Shown here: piece by piece, positions 1 to 13,919 of the stretch
How positions within the stretch are numbered: the stretch's first letter is position 1
Layout of the letters: the number at the start of each line of letters is the position of its first letter
Notes under the pieces: generated by a model
Told to the model about the DNA's origin: nothing
What the model saw: only the letters and a program-made list of their open reading frames with translations
Databases searched by the model: none
Assembly (NCBI GenBank): GCA_028534125.1
Contig: CM052818.1
Span: 15,502,001-15,566,000, forward strand
Length of the DNA: 64,000 nucleotides
Reading direction: 5' to 3'
Origin: Lama glama
Taxonomy: Eukaryota
Position numbers and translations under genes: made by a program

Positions 1-1199
1 TCTGTGGGGATGTTTGGAAGACTCATTGTCATTAAGGAAGGTATTAAACTTTGCCTGAGTGTTTTGTGAAATGCTGGACTATGACAAGTAATCAGTGAGA
101 AAAACTCGAACAAATGGTGCCAGGTTGATGTCCACTGGCAACAGCATAAATTGTCCAATTTCTTTATCTTTGTTTCTGCAGCTTCTTTCCCTTATCAAAG
201 AGAGAAAGGCCTATCCATTTTACAAACGGAAGATGGTCAGAGGGTAAAACAAAATTAGCATGTACGTCTGTAATTGCTCAATCATCCCCCCCTCCCCCAA
301 ATCACTGCAAATGACTTTTTTTTTTTTTTTTGGTAAGAATAATTGTGCACCTGCTTTTCAAAACACAAAAGCTGGTTTCGCCTTTGTGCATAAAATGTGA
401 TTTGGAGAATTTGAGGATCATGCAACCACATATTTACATAATCAAATGGCAAACTGCACTTTATTTTAAGCTCACGGAGTCTTTGTTCTTCCGTACCCAA
501 CAATCATGTAAATAATGCCAAAACCCCTGGTGCCTGTCTGACAGTTGGGGGGTTAGAGTTTAGTTTGTATAACACTATAGCAAGGACATGGAAGAGTAAT
601 GAATACACATGATTCTAGGACGGTGTACTGAAAATATCTCCTATTTTCCCAGTACATGCCAAAGCCAGTTTTAGAATTTTTTTCCCCATCTACCCACCTT
701 GTGCACATTACAATTTTTGTTCCCTGGGGGAAAAAGAAGTATAAGGATTCTTGTTGATGATCCAAGAAATGTGAATAAAGTTGTTGGCAGATGGTTCGCA
801 CATTTCATTCTGAAATATCTTATAGTGACAAATAACAAAGTGTATATAATTAGCTCTATGCAGATGGCATGCCAAGTGTTGATATTCATCTCTGCAGACT
901 TCTTACAAAGACACTATTTTAAGAGTCAAGATTCAGAGACAGCCTGTGAACCCTCTAAAGAAGAACTCAGCAGGGTTTTACCTAAAAGGACTATGACTAT
1001 CAAGTAATTTTTGAGACCACGTTTCCTGTCCTGTACCCATTTTGTACCCCATGGGGAGGAAACCCCACAATGAGTTGTGTCTACACACAACTAACTGGAC
1101 TGTTCTGACTGAACTGGCAGAGGCGTGCACCAGTGAATTTAGGGACCTGTGTTCATTGTATTAAACTATGGCACTCTTCTTTCTTTTCCTCCATCCAGC

Positions 1200-1518
1200 C
1201 ACACTTTTGAACCTGTTTTCTTTACCCAGAATGCTCTGCCTTCACATCATTTCATGGCTGGAGTGTCTTGTCAATTAGATTTTAGTTTAAATGTCACCTC
1301 CTCAAAAAGGCTTTCCCTGGTGACCCAAACACTGCCTATTCCTTCCCACTCCTTGTTCCTCTTATATTATACTGGTTGATTTTTTCTTTAGTTTTTGTTA
1401 CTGTACTTGAGTTAAGTGATAAGTGAAGACTTCGACCGTTTGTTCCCTGCCGTATTCCTGGCCTCAATTACAGTGCATGGCGTGTGAGAGAGTTCATTAA
1501 ATGTTACTTACATGAATA
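1200..1518 (+). mobile_element. L2 LINE 3' end remnant
   Basis: Recognisable L2 3' motifs: aaatgtcacctcctcaaaaaggctttccctg, then acagtgcatggc...cattaaatgtt...atgaat tail. Confidence 0.75.
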
Positions 1519-3574
1519 GCTTTGGTAACTCCCTCCTTACTGGTCACAGTAATCGAAATGTTTAAGCTAATTCCTTTTTCTGTATTTACTCAGTATTAGT
1601 ACATACAGCCAAGGTTAACACATTGAGCTAATATTATCTCTGCCAGAAAGATTTTATTACTTGTTTTTCAGTATTTGCTTTCATTTAGTTAGATAGCTAC
1701 GTATGGTAGGCAGAGAATGTGGACGCAGACCAGGACTGAATATAAATAGAAAGCAGAGTTTGAGCTACCAGTTTATTTTCTTCTATAGTTTTCCAATAAA
1801 TAGATATCTTGTCAGCTTAACGTGTTTATCTGTTGTCTACTATGAGGTCATATACCTAACAGATACTTTGTGGTATTAATGACATACTGGATGTACTGGA
1901 AAGGAAAATTGTTGTTTTACTGAAGAGACTTGATGCCTAGCTTTTTATTTTGGTTCCTTCACAAGTTATTATAATTCAAAAATATTCTGTGCCTGGGCTC
2001 AATAATCAATATATAAAGAATATTTATAATAGTATATGTTTCTGGATTTGATGGGGCTAGTGAAAAGAATATAATCCAAAGAAATAGAAGTAGGCATTAT
2101 TCTGCTTTTATTCCGAATTATTCTTTGAAAGAATGGCATCTCTGAGTTTCCATTTTGAGGCTACTGCATTTTCTCCTGAATTGTTGTATGTTTCTGGGTA
2201 ATGACTCACTGCTTAAAATGATTTTTTTTCCATCTCAGTCCACTGAAATGTTAAGAATTCTGTTTCTTTAAGGCAATTTGAATGTTTGTCTTGATTCATA
2301 AACTTGTTCCAGCTCTCAAATATTTGCACCTCTGGTTTTAAGCAGGAACAGCTGAAAATTTTGAGAACTCACCCAGTGAAACATAAACAACAGGTTTAAA
2401 GTACCAAAACGGAACATTACCTTCTTCCCCAGTGTCTTTTTAATTGTTAAATTTAAATGCTTTAGGCTGAGTATCCGTAAAAATGCAATGATTGCCTCAG
2501 CTGGGACTCTGCTGTTTTCCAGTTTCTTCATATATTTTTTAAAAGTGCAACTCTTTTGTTTGTAAAAATGTTGAAGGTTCTGTGTATTGCCTCTATTTCT
2601 CTAAGCTTTTAGTGCACAAGGGGATCCTTATAATAACCTTGTTTTCAACTCTTATTGCAAAAAGTTGAGCACATTAAAGTCATCAAATTTCCAAACTCTT
2701 AATCTACATGGACTCCTGTGGGTCTCAAACTGCTGTGAATGGGGGAACAGATGATCCTAATTGCTCTCTAGTGGAAAGGCTTCCTGGAAATCAGGTTTCT
2801 ACATGGTAACACTTGAGAAGCCATAGGAAGCCCAGCAAATGGAGGTGAAAACAGCAGTGTCACATCTGAAGTCTCGCACACCAGAGAAGCACAAGTCAGT
2901 TTCTAGGTCACTGGCCACTTCAGGGTGCTCAGTGGTGACCACGGTTGGTAAAACACACACACATACACTCTAGATTAGAACTTAACAATAAATGTTCTGC
3001 TTTAAGCCTATGAAAGGAAACATTAGTAAATTACTAATTTCTTCTTCTACCTCTATGGATAGCCAATATAATTCATTTTCTCTTCACTTCTGTCATAATT
3101 TCGGGTCCAACTCCGGGGTCATTGTCCCCTTGAAATCTTCTGAGCCATACATGACTAGCATAAGATGAATTTAAATAGTCTGTGTGCTCTTTCCCATGGA
3201 TGAACTTAGAAATTAATAGAGGCTTCAGAGGATCCATTTGAATGACAAAGTGGAGACTTTTGCTCAGTTTTCATTGGGTAAACAAAGCTTCTGAAACATA
3301 GATTTCATGTGTGCTTTCTTCTAACAAGAAGTCTAATTGTCTTTTTCCTATATAGACAGAGGGCTATATGATGATAGATACAGAAGACACCTCCTCTTCT
3401 TGGATAAATTTATTCAATTAGAAAAGATGTAAGTCTGGTGTTATAGTATTGACCCCAAGTGCCATAGGAGTACAGAAAAAGAGACCAATGTGGTTTCAAA
3501 TAGAGCTAGAAGACTCAGAGAAGACAATGGCCCTTGAGTAGGATATACAGAATACACAGGTCATCCTTTCATTC

Positions 3575-4125
3575 AATTATGAAGAACTATCAGACAAGCC
3601 AAAATTGAGGGGCATTCTTCAAAAAAAATAACTGATTCCAACCCTTTCAGACTATCAATAACATGAAAGATCAAGAAAGGGTTGAGGAATTTTTGTAGAT
3701 TAAAGAAGACTAGAAAGATATAACAACTGAGTGGTCCAGGATTATCTTTTGCTTATAAAGGGCATTATTGGGTCAACTGATGAAGTTGAAATAATAACTA
3801 CAGATTAGATGCCATATCATATCAATGTGAATTCTCTGACTTCGATAATCATGTTACGATTGTGTAAGAGATGTCCTGTTATTAGGAAATTTACACTTGA
3901 ATATTTAGAAGTAAATGGGTAAGATGCCTGGAACTCACTCTCAAATACTTGAGGAAAAAAATATATGTAGACAGGGGAAAGGGAGTGGGAAGGAGTGAGA
4001 GAGAAAATCAGCTTGGAAAAAGTGTTAAGAGTAATGGTAAAGGGTACAGTATAAGGATGCTATGTGAACTATTTAGTAACTTTTCTGTAAGTTTGAAGTT
4101 CTTCCAAAATAGAAAGTTAAAAACC
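3575..4125 (+). mobile_element. Ancient L1M (L1MC/MD/ME-type) 3' UTR fragment
   Basis: cagacaagccaaaattgaggggcattct, tagattaaagaagactagaaag and ttttctgtaagtttgaa resemble recalled L1MC-type 3' ends. Confidence 0.7.
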
Positions 4126-4789
4126 TGGTCCTGGGTTTTGTTTGTTTTGTTTTTTCAATTGAAGTGCAGTCTTGGTGGCCTTTATTTCTTACATGTTTTC
4201 AGTTTGTGTCGAAGTCACAGTCACCTATTGGAAGAACCATCAGCAGTCTGTTGTTCCTGATCAGCGTAGCTCTCCCTCGTTATAAAGATCATGAATTTCC
4301 TTTTTATTTCAGATATTGAGAGGTGTTCTCCTAATCCTTTGACAATTCTGGGTTTGTCACTGTCTGGAATATAAAGACAAATGTAAGTTTGCTGTGTGCT
4401 GGAGTAAGGTCAGGCACAGTCTACCCAAGGAAAGAAACCTACTAATTTCATATTAGGTTTTGAGAAGCACAATGTGGGGATGGGTAGATTTTCAGAGAGG
4501 TAAATGGTTTGACCATATCTATGAATGTGTGGTAACTGTTGATTGGTTGGCCTTGAGTAGTGTGTTTACTGGAATGAGTTCATTCCGGACTGTCTGACAT
4601 CCAAAACCAAAAAGCTGTCACTGATGGTTTGGCTTGTCAAAGTGTGTTCACAGGGGCAGATTTTCAGTGATTGAAAAATGGGTTTACGTAGCTGTGGGAC
4701 AGTCAGTCATTTCCTAGGAGAGTGGGGACCTCTATTTTCAGACCCCTATTTTCTTTCTCCTTCAGCCAAAACTGCTTCTATGAAGAGAA

Positions 4790-5025
4790 GGATCTCTTCA
4801 CTTCAGAACTACTGATATTTTGGATCAGATCATTCTTTGTTGCATGTGTTTGTGGTGGGGAGGCTGTTCTGTGCCTTGTAGGGTGTTTAACAGTGTTGCT
4901 GGCCTCTACCTAATAGATGCCAGGGGCACCACCTTCCCCCACATTGGTGACCAAAAACGGCTCCAGACTTTGCCAGGTGTCCCTGGTGGGGTCAGAGACA
5001 CAAGGCAAGATCACCTAGGTAAAAA
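4790..5025 (-). mobile_element. MER20 hAT-Charlie MITE
   Basis: ctggcctctacctaatagatgccag...ccaaaaacggctccagactttgcca is the reverse complement of the MER20 core; homologous to the copy at 61960. Confidence 0.85.
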
Positions 5026-5699
5026 CCGTGGGTGTGGAGAAATGAGTGTCTCTAGGGAAGCCTAGACTCAGGGAGGGAACCACTATAGGCTAAATTGGAA
5101 GGTGAGATCTTAAAATAAAGAGGAAAAGTATGAAGACAAGAATAATAAACCAGAAAATCAAAGGATTTTGTGACACACAGGAGAACCTTGTTCAGATGGT
5201 TTTGTGAAGAAGCCATCTATTTCATGCCATTGGCAGCTTTTTGCAAGGGTCCTGAATAAACAGGAAATTCCCACAGAATGTCTGCTCCAGGAGTCTCACT
5301 GAAGCCTCTACTCACTTGAAGGGAGTAACTTTCCGGTTCTGATACCAGGTCTCTTCCATTTTTTCTCCAGAGAGTTATGCAACGCCTTGCATAATTCAAA
5401 ATTATGAATAGCTGTTTCAGTTAAATATGTCCTCATATCACTGGATAAATATGTTGGAAGGTGCTCAGTTAGAAAACACAATTCTAATAGGCTTTTTGTT
5501 CTGTTTTGTTTTTGCCATTATGAATGTGTAGATTTTTATAGGGACACGATTGAAACAGTTCAGAAAACAGAAAATATATATAAGCCATAGACAGAAGCAA
5601 TTAAATAAAATCTATCTGGAGATATTCAAAGGATTCTTTATAGAATAATTCTAATCCATGCTATATCTTTATAAATATATAAAGGTATGTAAAATTATA

Positions 5700-6085
5700 A
5701 AAGATTAAATTTACCTGAGGTCCTGCCACTCAAAGAAAACAGCTGCTGACATTGGTCATGATTTTTCTGTCCTTACCCTGTGTTCACACACATAATACAC
5801 ACATTAAATTATATATAAACAGAATCATATGTCTTGGACAGCTTCTCATGTTAAGTGTATTGTATCTGTGTGTGTATGTGTAATCATTTTATGATATCTA
5901 AGTATTTTTCCATTGTATATTTGTACCATAATTTAAATGGTTATCTATGGGTGGACATGCAAGTTTCTTATGATTTTTTATTGGAATAAATCATACTACA
6001 ATAAATATACATTTATATCTTTTTATAGATATAACTACAGGGCCAACATTTCTGTACATTGAAATTTTGATTCATGTTGCCTTCA
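5700..6085 (-). mobile_element. Highly decayed L1ME-like fragment
   Basis: ttccattgtatatttgtaccataatttaa...gtggacat is typical of antisense old L1 3' regions; very diverged. Confidence 0.45.
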
Positions 6086-7974
6086 GAATTCCCTAAATCT
6101 TGTTTTGAGTTAGCCCTTCTAAAAAGATGCAAGTTGGTAAATTTCTGCTGTGGGTGATTAAGGACAGTTTGACTTACTCAGAGGTATTTACATTTTTAAG
6201 GTAGATACCTGCTGAATGGAATGAATTAACTCAAAAGGAAAGAACATTAAAAAATGTGATTTGTAGGAAATCCTTCTAAAGTCTCACAACAGAAGCCACC
6301 ATTTTTTCCACTCATGCCAGTTAGGAAAGTGATACATTTGTATGAGCTGAGCAACATGGTGTTAGTGTGAAGTTGAAAGGATTCTCTAAACATTTCCTTT
6401 TTCACTTGTGTGCTTTCTTCAAGGAATTGGCTAGGGACTTTTATTGCTAGTTTCTGTTTTAATTGCAGGGATCATAAGTGGATATGAAGTGATTTAGGTG
6501 CTCAGAACACATAGAACCTTTTTTGAAACAATAATTTACATATTTACTCTTTTAATTTTACCTTGATACAATGCTTAGATAGCTAGACACCTTCTGATTA
6601 GCCCCTGGGGAAATCCGAAAAAGAACAACAAAATATAACCCATTATTGTAAGATGAGTAAAATTAAAGAAAGGGGTAAAGAGAGAGCTGTTTTCCATGGG
6701 TATGTGGCAAAAGGGTAGGAAAGATTTGAATAAGGAAAAAGAAAATCTGATGGATTTTACTGGAAGGAAGTTACACATTTATTACAGAAAAGAGAACGAA
6801 AAATTGGAATTTGACATTCTGATCACTGTAATTATCAGTAACGGTCAATTGTAATTATTATAATTTAGAAAAATGAAGGAATCTGGCTGGCATTCAGGCA
6901 TTTAATTACCATGTTATGACCACACCATTTGGAAAGCTTTCATTTGCATTCATGGAGATGAATAATTTCTTTTTGATTTAATGAGTAGAAAGCAGATTTC
7001 CTCTGCTTTGCTTATATCTTACAATCTGCTGGAGAAATTTCTCATTCAGTTTCCCTTTATGCACATAATCAGCATTATGATCTCAGAGGTAGAGCAATTT
7101 TTCTCTTTTATTGAAAAGTCTTCTCTTTTGAGAAAAACGTTTCCAGTCCTCACTTAGTGGCCTGCCCCCCCTCACCACTAAATAGTGAGCTCCAGTTGCA
7201 AAGCACTCCCTGAAGTAGAGCAGCTCATTGGTTGAATCAATAATATTTCTGTTTTGCATTTACAGATGACTTTATACTGATCTTCTGATAATAGCTTTCA
7301 CATTCTTTGTGAAAGCTTCACTGTGATGGAGTTTATATATCCTTATTTTTCAGATAAGAGATCTGAGCTAGAGAACTGATTTTTTTCCTTTCCTTTTCCT
7401 ATTTCTTTTTCTCCTTTTTTTTTCCTTTCCTTTTCTTGATCTGATGTTCTTTTCTATGATGTGAGGAAAGGGTTTAAAATATTTTTCTTAGAGATTATTC
7501 ATCATACCAGTGATACATTAAATCAATCATCTTTTCTCTTGGAGTTGAAATATTCCTTTTATCGTGTATTAATTTATCCTATGCACTTAGATCTCTCTCT
7601 GTCCATGTATATACCCACATATATATGCATGTATTCTTTATGGACTCACTACTTATACACTTTTTTCAACACCACACTATTTTGATCACAACAAATACAT
7701 AGTCAGTTTAAATATCACGTAACACAGATATTCTTCTAACACATTGACAGGAATAGTACAGAAGAATCTCTAAAGAATAGTGTAAAAAAATTAAAAATTC
7801 AACAGATAATTGTTAGGGGATATAAACTGATAATTCACAGAGGAAGAATTGCCATAACTTCAGTAGCGGTAGGGGAGAGGGGAATCCTGTGAATTAAAGT
7901 TCAATGTGAGACTGTCATTTTTATGCATTAATGAAGGAATGGAAAGAAGAAAGCCACCATTAAAATAAAAGAAA

Positions 7975-9410
7975 GCAGAGTGGTGGCAAAGACATTTCTA
8001 GTGCTCCTCCCTCCCAGGAAACATCAGTTTGAACAACTATCCATGTATAAAAATACCTCCACAAGAGCCATGGATTCCAGGTGAGGAAATACAGCATCTG
8101 GGTAAAGCATAGAAATAAGAAAAGATGCATTGAGGAAGGTAGGAAAGATAGATTCACATTACCCCCATCACCCTTCCCTAAGGCCAGGCAATCTAGGACA
8201 GGGAGAGACCCCACCTCCTCATGGAAGAAGAGTGAAGCCAGCATCCAGCTTCACTGCAGACCCCAGAGCTGGCGCACCCTAGCACCAGGCCTACTCCTGC
8301 CTCCCCACTCCCCCAACCAAGGTGGCTGCCAGCAGGTTCCCATAAACTCAGGCCCCTGGCTTACCCTAGCACATGTTGATTCAGTATGTAAGATACACCC
8401 AAAAAAGAAAAGCTCAGTATTCACAGTGAATCCTATCAAACATTTGAAATAAAAATAATTAACAGCAGTTCTTCTCAAAGTATTCCAAAAATCTGAAGAA
8501 GAGAGAACATTCCCAAACTTATTTTATGAGACTAGTATTACCCTGATTCCAAAGCCAGATAAGGAAAATTAACAAAAAAACAAAACTATATAGGCCAATG
8601 TCCTTGATGAATATAGATGCAAAAATTCTTAAATTATTAGCAAACCAAATTCAACAGCACATTTAAAAGGATAATACACTCAAGTTGGATTTATCTCTGG
8701 GATTGCAAGTGTGGTTCAACATTTGCAATTCAGTAAATGTGATACACCACATTAATAAAATGAAAGATAAAAATCATACGATCATTTCAATAGATGCAGA
8801 AAAAGCATTTGACAAAATTCAGCATCCTTTCATGGTAAAAACTCAACAAATTGGATATAGAAGGAACACACCTCAATATAGTAAAGGTCATATGTGAAAA
8901 ACCCACAGCTAGCATATACCTGATGGCTAAAGGTCTCAAACCTTGCTGCGAAGACTATGAACACAAGAAGAGTGCCCACTCTCACCACGCCTAATTAACA
9001 TAGTACTAGAAGCCCTAGCCAGAGCAATCAGGCAAGAAAAATAATAAAATGCAACTGAATTGGAAAAAAAAGAAGTAAAAATTGTCTCTGTTTACAGATG
9101 ACATGATTCTATATATGGAAAATCCTAAAGATTTCACCAAAAAGTTGTTAGCTCTAATCAAAGAGTTGAGTAAGTTTTCAGGATACAAAATCAATGTTCA
9201 GAAAGCAGTTGTGTTTCTATAAACTAACAATGAAGTACCTGAAAGAGAAATAAAGAGAACAATCCCAGCCACAACAGCATCAAACAATACGAGACTTAGG
9301 AGTAAGCTTAACCAAAGAGGGGAAGGATTTGTGCACTGAAAACTGTAAGACAATGAAAGAGATTGATGATAAATTGAAAGATATTCTGTATTCATGGAGA
9401 GAAAGAATGA
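7975..9410 (+). mobile_element. L1 remnant: 5' UTR (~7975-8395) fused to ORF2 reverse-transcriptase region (~8400-9410)
   Basis: ORF 8685-8897 reads [41 protein letters not shown] (L1 RT). Active-site remnant FTDD at 9091-9102. Many stops and frameshifts. Confidence 0.93.
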
Positions 9411-10929
9411 ATTACAGTACTGTATTAAATCTTTCCCAAATGTATGAAGTTGTCTTTTTACCTAGTCTTTGTAAATAAATTACAGATAGATTAATTTTTA
9501 GTAATAAACATACTCAATTAAGTTCTTATTTATATTTTGGTCACTTTATTGTTGAATGAAAGGAGGAAATCTTTAGAAATATTTGTTCAAGCTTTCTATG
9601 CACTTGCCACACTGTTTGCTGGCCACTGATCTGACATCCAACTGACTTCAAAATGACTGAGCCACAAGGTGATTTCTCTCTTCCTTCTGTCTCTTTTACA
9701 TTCAACTTTGTTTAGGGCCTATTTTTTGATTGTAGAAGGGCTAATGATACACATTTCTGTAAGTAGCCGTAACAGAATTTACAAATATATGGAAAATGGA
9801 AGTGATTAATAAGAGAATAATGCCCAAAGACAATTTTTTTTTTTTAATCTTGAAAATGGCTGGAGAGAAGCTATGTGTACAGGAAATACTGGTAGTATCT
9901 TTAGGTAAAAAAATCACCAAGACACTTTTCCTTTTATGGTTCTAACAGAATTAAAGCCAACAAATCACTTAGATATTTCAAATCATAAATCTCACTCCTG
10001 AGAACAGATCTGAGAATGATAACATGATTAGAAAACAGAAATGAAAAGAGGAATAATTGATGGTGTGACTTCTGCCCATTGCTGGTAACCTCCGATTTTA
10101 AGAGAAATAAAATTAAACTTCTTTTCAATTTCTTCTTTGTTTGTACTTCTACCGATTGTAAACCTGGATGACCTAATTTCACCATACGATTCATTCCCCC
10201 AGGAAAACAAGACAAACCTGTGTGAGCTGAAGTGAGCTTCACTTCCCAGTGTTCACTTTAATCCACATCAATATTTTAAGAAGGTTAATGGCCAAACCAA
10301 TGTCCTGCTGTATAGAGTTCTGTAAAGAGCCACACACACTAGGCCCTCTGCCTGGAGGAGCATTTTCAGTCAGTTCAGCCTAACGTGAGCAAAAAGGGGT
10401 ACTTATTGTCTCTCATAACTGGCAAGTCCAGGGAAGAATTAATCTTCTGACTCAGATAGATGTAGGGATATAAGTGAGGTCATTGTGTTGTCCCTCTCCT
10501 CCCCTCCCTGCCTCACCCCTTCCCTACTACCCCCACCCCCGGCTCCTATTTCATCCTTTCCCCTCCCCTCATCTCCTTCCTTTAGCCCTCTTTGTCGCTC
10601 TGTTGATCTCATCATCTTCTACTGAAGCCAGTTTTGTAACCCTTGATTCACATCTGGTCAACCTAAAAAACCATGCCAACCTATTGGCTTAAAAGAAAAT
10701 ATTTTATAATTTACAAAAAAAAGTCATTCTGTGGGCCAGGAATTCAGACAGGGCATTGAGAGATGGCTCATCTCTTATTTGCTTGGTGGTGGTAGGAGTT
10801 GAATATTCAGGATCCCTTCTTCACTGAAATCTGGCACTCCAGCTAAGATAGCAAAAACCATCCATAATGAGGCTAAAATAATAAAGGCAGGTTGTGGGTT
10901 TCATTGCTCCCCCCGCCCCCACTCACACT

Positions 10930-11560
10930 TTAAGAAGGAAGCTTATATTGGGATGTTAAGTGTTAGATTTTATTCATCCTGTAGACATGTATCCTTTTCG
11001 GTTACTCTGTGATTTTATAGAAAGCGCTGTTTGCTTTTATTTGAAAAACTTGATTGTATACATAGAAATAATCATGTGGCTTTTCTCAGTTTTTCAGTAT
11101 GATATCTTATGACTATAGACATTTATTATTAAATAACTTTTGCAATTTTTGTAAGTAGAGTAAAACACTACTATGCCTTGATGGATTATATTTTAATAAA
11201 AGTCAATTTTGCTTTGTTAGTAATTTAGGATGTTTAAAAGTGAGATTTTCTGAAATTTTCTTTTTTCTTTCTTTTGTCTGAGATTGATATTAAGTCATGG
11301 TATCTTCATAAAATTAAGTATCCTTTCATCATTCTTTCCTATGTAAGATGTAATATTTTCCTCAGAAATCTTGGAAGAAATTACCACAAAACCATCTAGA
11401 ACAGGAGCATTTTTTAGGCAATATTTAGGCAAAGTGTTCAGTTCTTCCAGGATTATGGGTTTTTTAGTATTTCTACTGGAAGTCAGTTTTTATAATTTAT
11501 GTTTTCCAGAAAAATTATTCATTTTATTGAGGTATAAATTTTACTACTGCAGATTTTGTG
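10930..11560 (-). mobile_element. Decayed old L1 ORF2 fragment
   Basis: T-rich antisense L1 motifs such as ataatcatgtggcttttctc and aaaaccatctagaacaggagcattttt. Confidence 0.6.
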
Positions 11561-11564
11561 TTTT

Positions 11565-11906
11565 AATCTTTCCGCTTGCCTCTGTCAGCCATTCAGCCGT
11601 CTTTGCAGCTCATAGAGCTGAATGGACTCTTGTCAGTGAGATGCCTTATCCTCTGGCTTCCTGTTGGGTTCAGTTAATGCAGAGCCCAGTCAGGATGTGG
11701 GTGGGAAGGGGGCCAGGTACTCATTACTCGGGCTCTCTCATTGCAGTTCTGCTCAGGTTGTCCAGGTCACCATTGGTCACCTTGTACTCAGCACTCTTCT
11801 TCTAGGAGGCTGCACTGGCCTTTGTGGTTTCCCCGTACCTGCACATTCCTTTCCTAAACCCTCCTTGAATTACCTTAATCCATGCCATACATTTCCTCCT
11901 GATACA
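11565..11906 (+). mobile_element. ERVL-type solo LTR remnant (LTR33-like)
   Basis: cctctggcttcctgttgggttcag core and terminal taaaccctccttgaattacc...tgccatacatttcctcctgataca resemble recalled LTR33. Confidence 0.65.
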
Positions 11907-11959
11907 GAATTGAAGATAAAGTTTCTTGATATTCATATCCTCTTTTGTCTTTGCTATTT

Positions 11960-12480
11960 GTAGTATTAGTTTGTTTTTAATGTGTCAACTTGACTGGGCC
12001 ATGGAGTGCCCAGACATTTGGTGAAACATTATTTTGGATGTGTCTGTGAGGGCATTTCTGGATGAGATGAACATTTGCATTGGAAGACTGGGTGAAGCAA
12101 GTTGCCCTCCTTAATATGGGAGTGCCTCATCCAATCAGCTAAAAGCTTGAACTGAAAAAAAGTTGAGTAAGAGGGAACTCCACCTGCCTTACTGCTCGAA
12201 CTAGGGCATCCGTCTTTTCCTGCATTTAGACTTGAACTGAGAAAAACAGCTCTTCTTAGGTGTTGAGCCTGCTGGCTTTCAGACTGGAACTCATACCATT
12301 AACTACCCTGGCTCCCAGGTCTCTGGACTTAAACTGGACTATACAGGTGCTCTCCTGGGTCTCTTGACAACCACAGATCTTGGGATTTCTCATCTTTCAC
12401 AGTGACATGGGCTGATTCATTATCATCCCATCCCATCCCATCCCATCCCCCCCCCATAGATCTGCATGTATATGTTTGTG
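11960..12480 (+). mobile_element. MLT2 (ERVL) LTR, 3' end lost
   Basis: atgtgtcaacttgactgggccatgg...gcctcatccaatcag; collinear with the MLT2 copy at 36422; ends in a (catcc)n tract. Confidence 0.9.
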
Positions 12481-12489
12481 CATAGGTAC

Positions 12490-12604
12490 TCACATGGCCT
12501 TTCCTCAAGTGCTCGTGCATGGACAGAGAGATATCTTTCTCTCTTTCTTTTTTAATAAAGTCGCCAATCCTATCTAATTAGAGTACCACCTTTATGAGCC
12601 TTAA
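12490..12604 (-). mobile_element. MaLR LTR (MLT1A-like) middle segment
   Basis: Reverse strand reads tcataaaggtggtactctaattagataggattgg...gaggaaaggccatgtg. Confidence 0.7.
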
Positions 12605-13082
12605 GATCTAATGAAACTTACCTGGCTGGGTTTTGGACTTGCTTTGAGGCCCTTTATCACTTTCTTCCTTCTGATTTCTCCCTTTTGGAATGGGAATGCA
12701 TATGCTATGGCTGTCCCACCATTGTATTTCGGAAGCACATAATTTGCCTGCTTTCACAGGTTCTTAGTAGAAAGAAATTTTGCCTCAGGATGATTCATAC
12801 CTTGAGCCTCACATGTGTCTGATTTTGATGATACTTGAGTGAGACTTCGGACGTTAGATACTAGAATTGGTGTTAGAATGAGTTAAGACTTTTGAGGCTA
12901 GTGGGATAGAAAGAATGTATTTTGCATGAGAGAAGGACATGAATTGGTTGGGGGAGGGAGGGCAGGGGTTGAATGCTGTGAACTGGATTGTATCCCCCCT
13001 GAATTCATAGGTTGAAGTTCTGATGTGACTGGAGATAGGGCTTTTAGGAGGTAATTAAATTTAAATGAGGTCATAAAGGTAG
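12605..13082 (+). mobile_element. MaLR internal 3' end, polypurine tract and LTR 5' part (MLT1A/MST-like)
   Basis: atttctcccttttggaatgggaatg...cccaccattgtattt internal motif, purine tract ggggagggagggcagggg, then LTR start TG at 12974. Confidence 0.8.
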
Positions 13083-13919
13083 GTCAGTTGCACTCACCAT
13101 TCCTGTTCCTAAATCACCTGTTTCAGCTTTCATCTCTCAATATTTTATTTTGTTTTGTTTTGTTTCCTATCTTTTTCTTTCTTTCACTTTCCCTGTTACA
13201 GTCTTTTTATAATATTTTGAGTTGAATGTTTTGTTCATATGCTGCCTTTCCTTGATACTCACATTTGGAAGGGGCAAGACATTTCATCTGAATATAACTT
13301 TGATTTGCATACACCTTGAGCATCTTGCAAATTGTGAAAGTCTGTAATTGATGTTGATGTGATCATTATTTAGGAGAGGGTATCCTGGAACAAAGCAGGC
13401 CTATGTAACTTTCCTACTGAACCAACCTGCCTATCTATGAATATATTCTACATACATGCATAGGGTATTTTTCAGATATCTGATTGGATTTAAAAATTAA
13501 ACCTCTTATTAATTTATAATTTCACACATTTTGGACAGAAGGTAGCCTGTGCAGGTTGCCATCCATCGTTAGTGAATTTTTATTTGTTCTGTAAAATAAG
13601 GGAAATTTTTTATTCTTCCGAGTATATTAGAGGGAAAAAAAGGCATGTACTTTGTTTTCAGAATACAGAATTCTATATATAATATACTGATTTAACTTTT
13701 TTGTATTATTTTAATTCTCCATGGCTTGAATTATTTTTGTCTTTTTGATTTATCATTGATTGATAATAGTGTGTCATCACAGTATAGAAACTTGAAATAA
13801 TTAAAGATGACTTGAATAATAAAACTATAATGATGAGAAGAATATTTGAGTATTTGTTTCCCCGGTTTTGTCTCTAAGTAGATGACAGCTTGTCTCACGC
13901 ACATCTGTGTCACACCAGT

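Noticed and set aside
9934..10242. 102-aa minus-strand ORF in unique sequence
   Set aside because: No recognisable domain or convincing exon structure; length is within chance.
10229..10245. Inverted repeat gaagtga-gct-tcacttc
   Set aside because: A 7-bp arm is expected by chance in 64 kb.
11371..11805. 144-aa ORF
   Set aside because: Runs across antisense L1 and an LTR; not protein-like.
12424..12450. (catcc)n tract; also (ca)n ~23897, (tctg)n ~44225, (tg)n ~46357
   Set aside because: Ordinary microsatellites; no repeat-spacer array.
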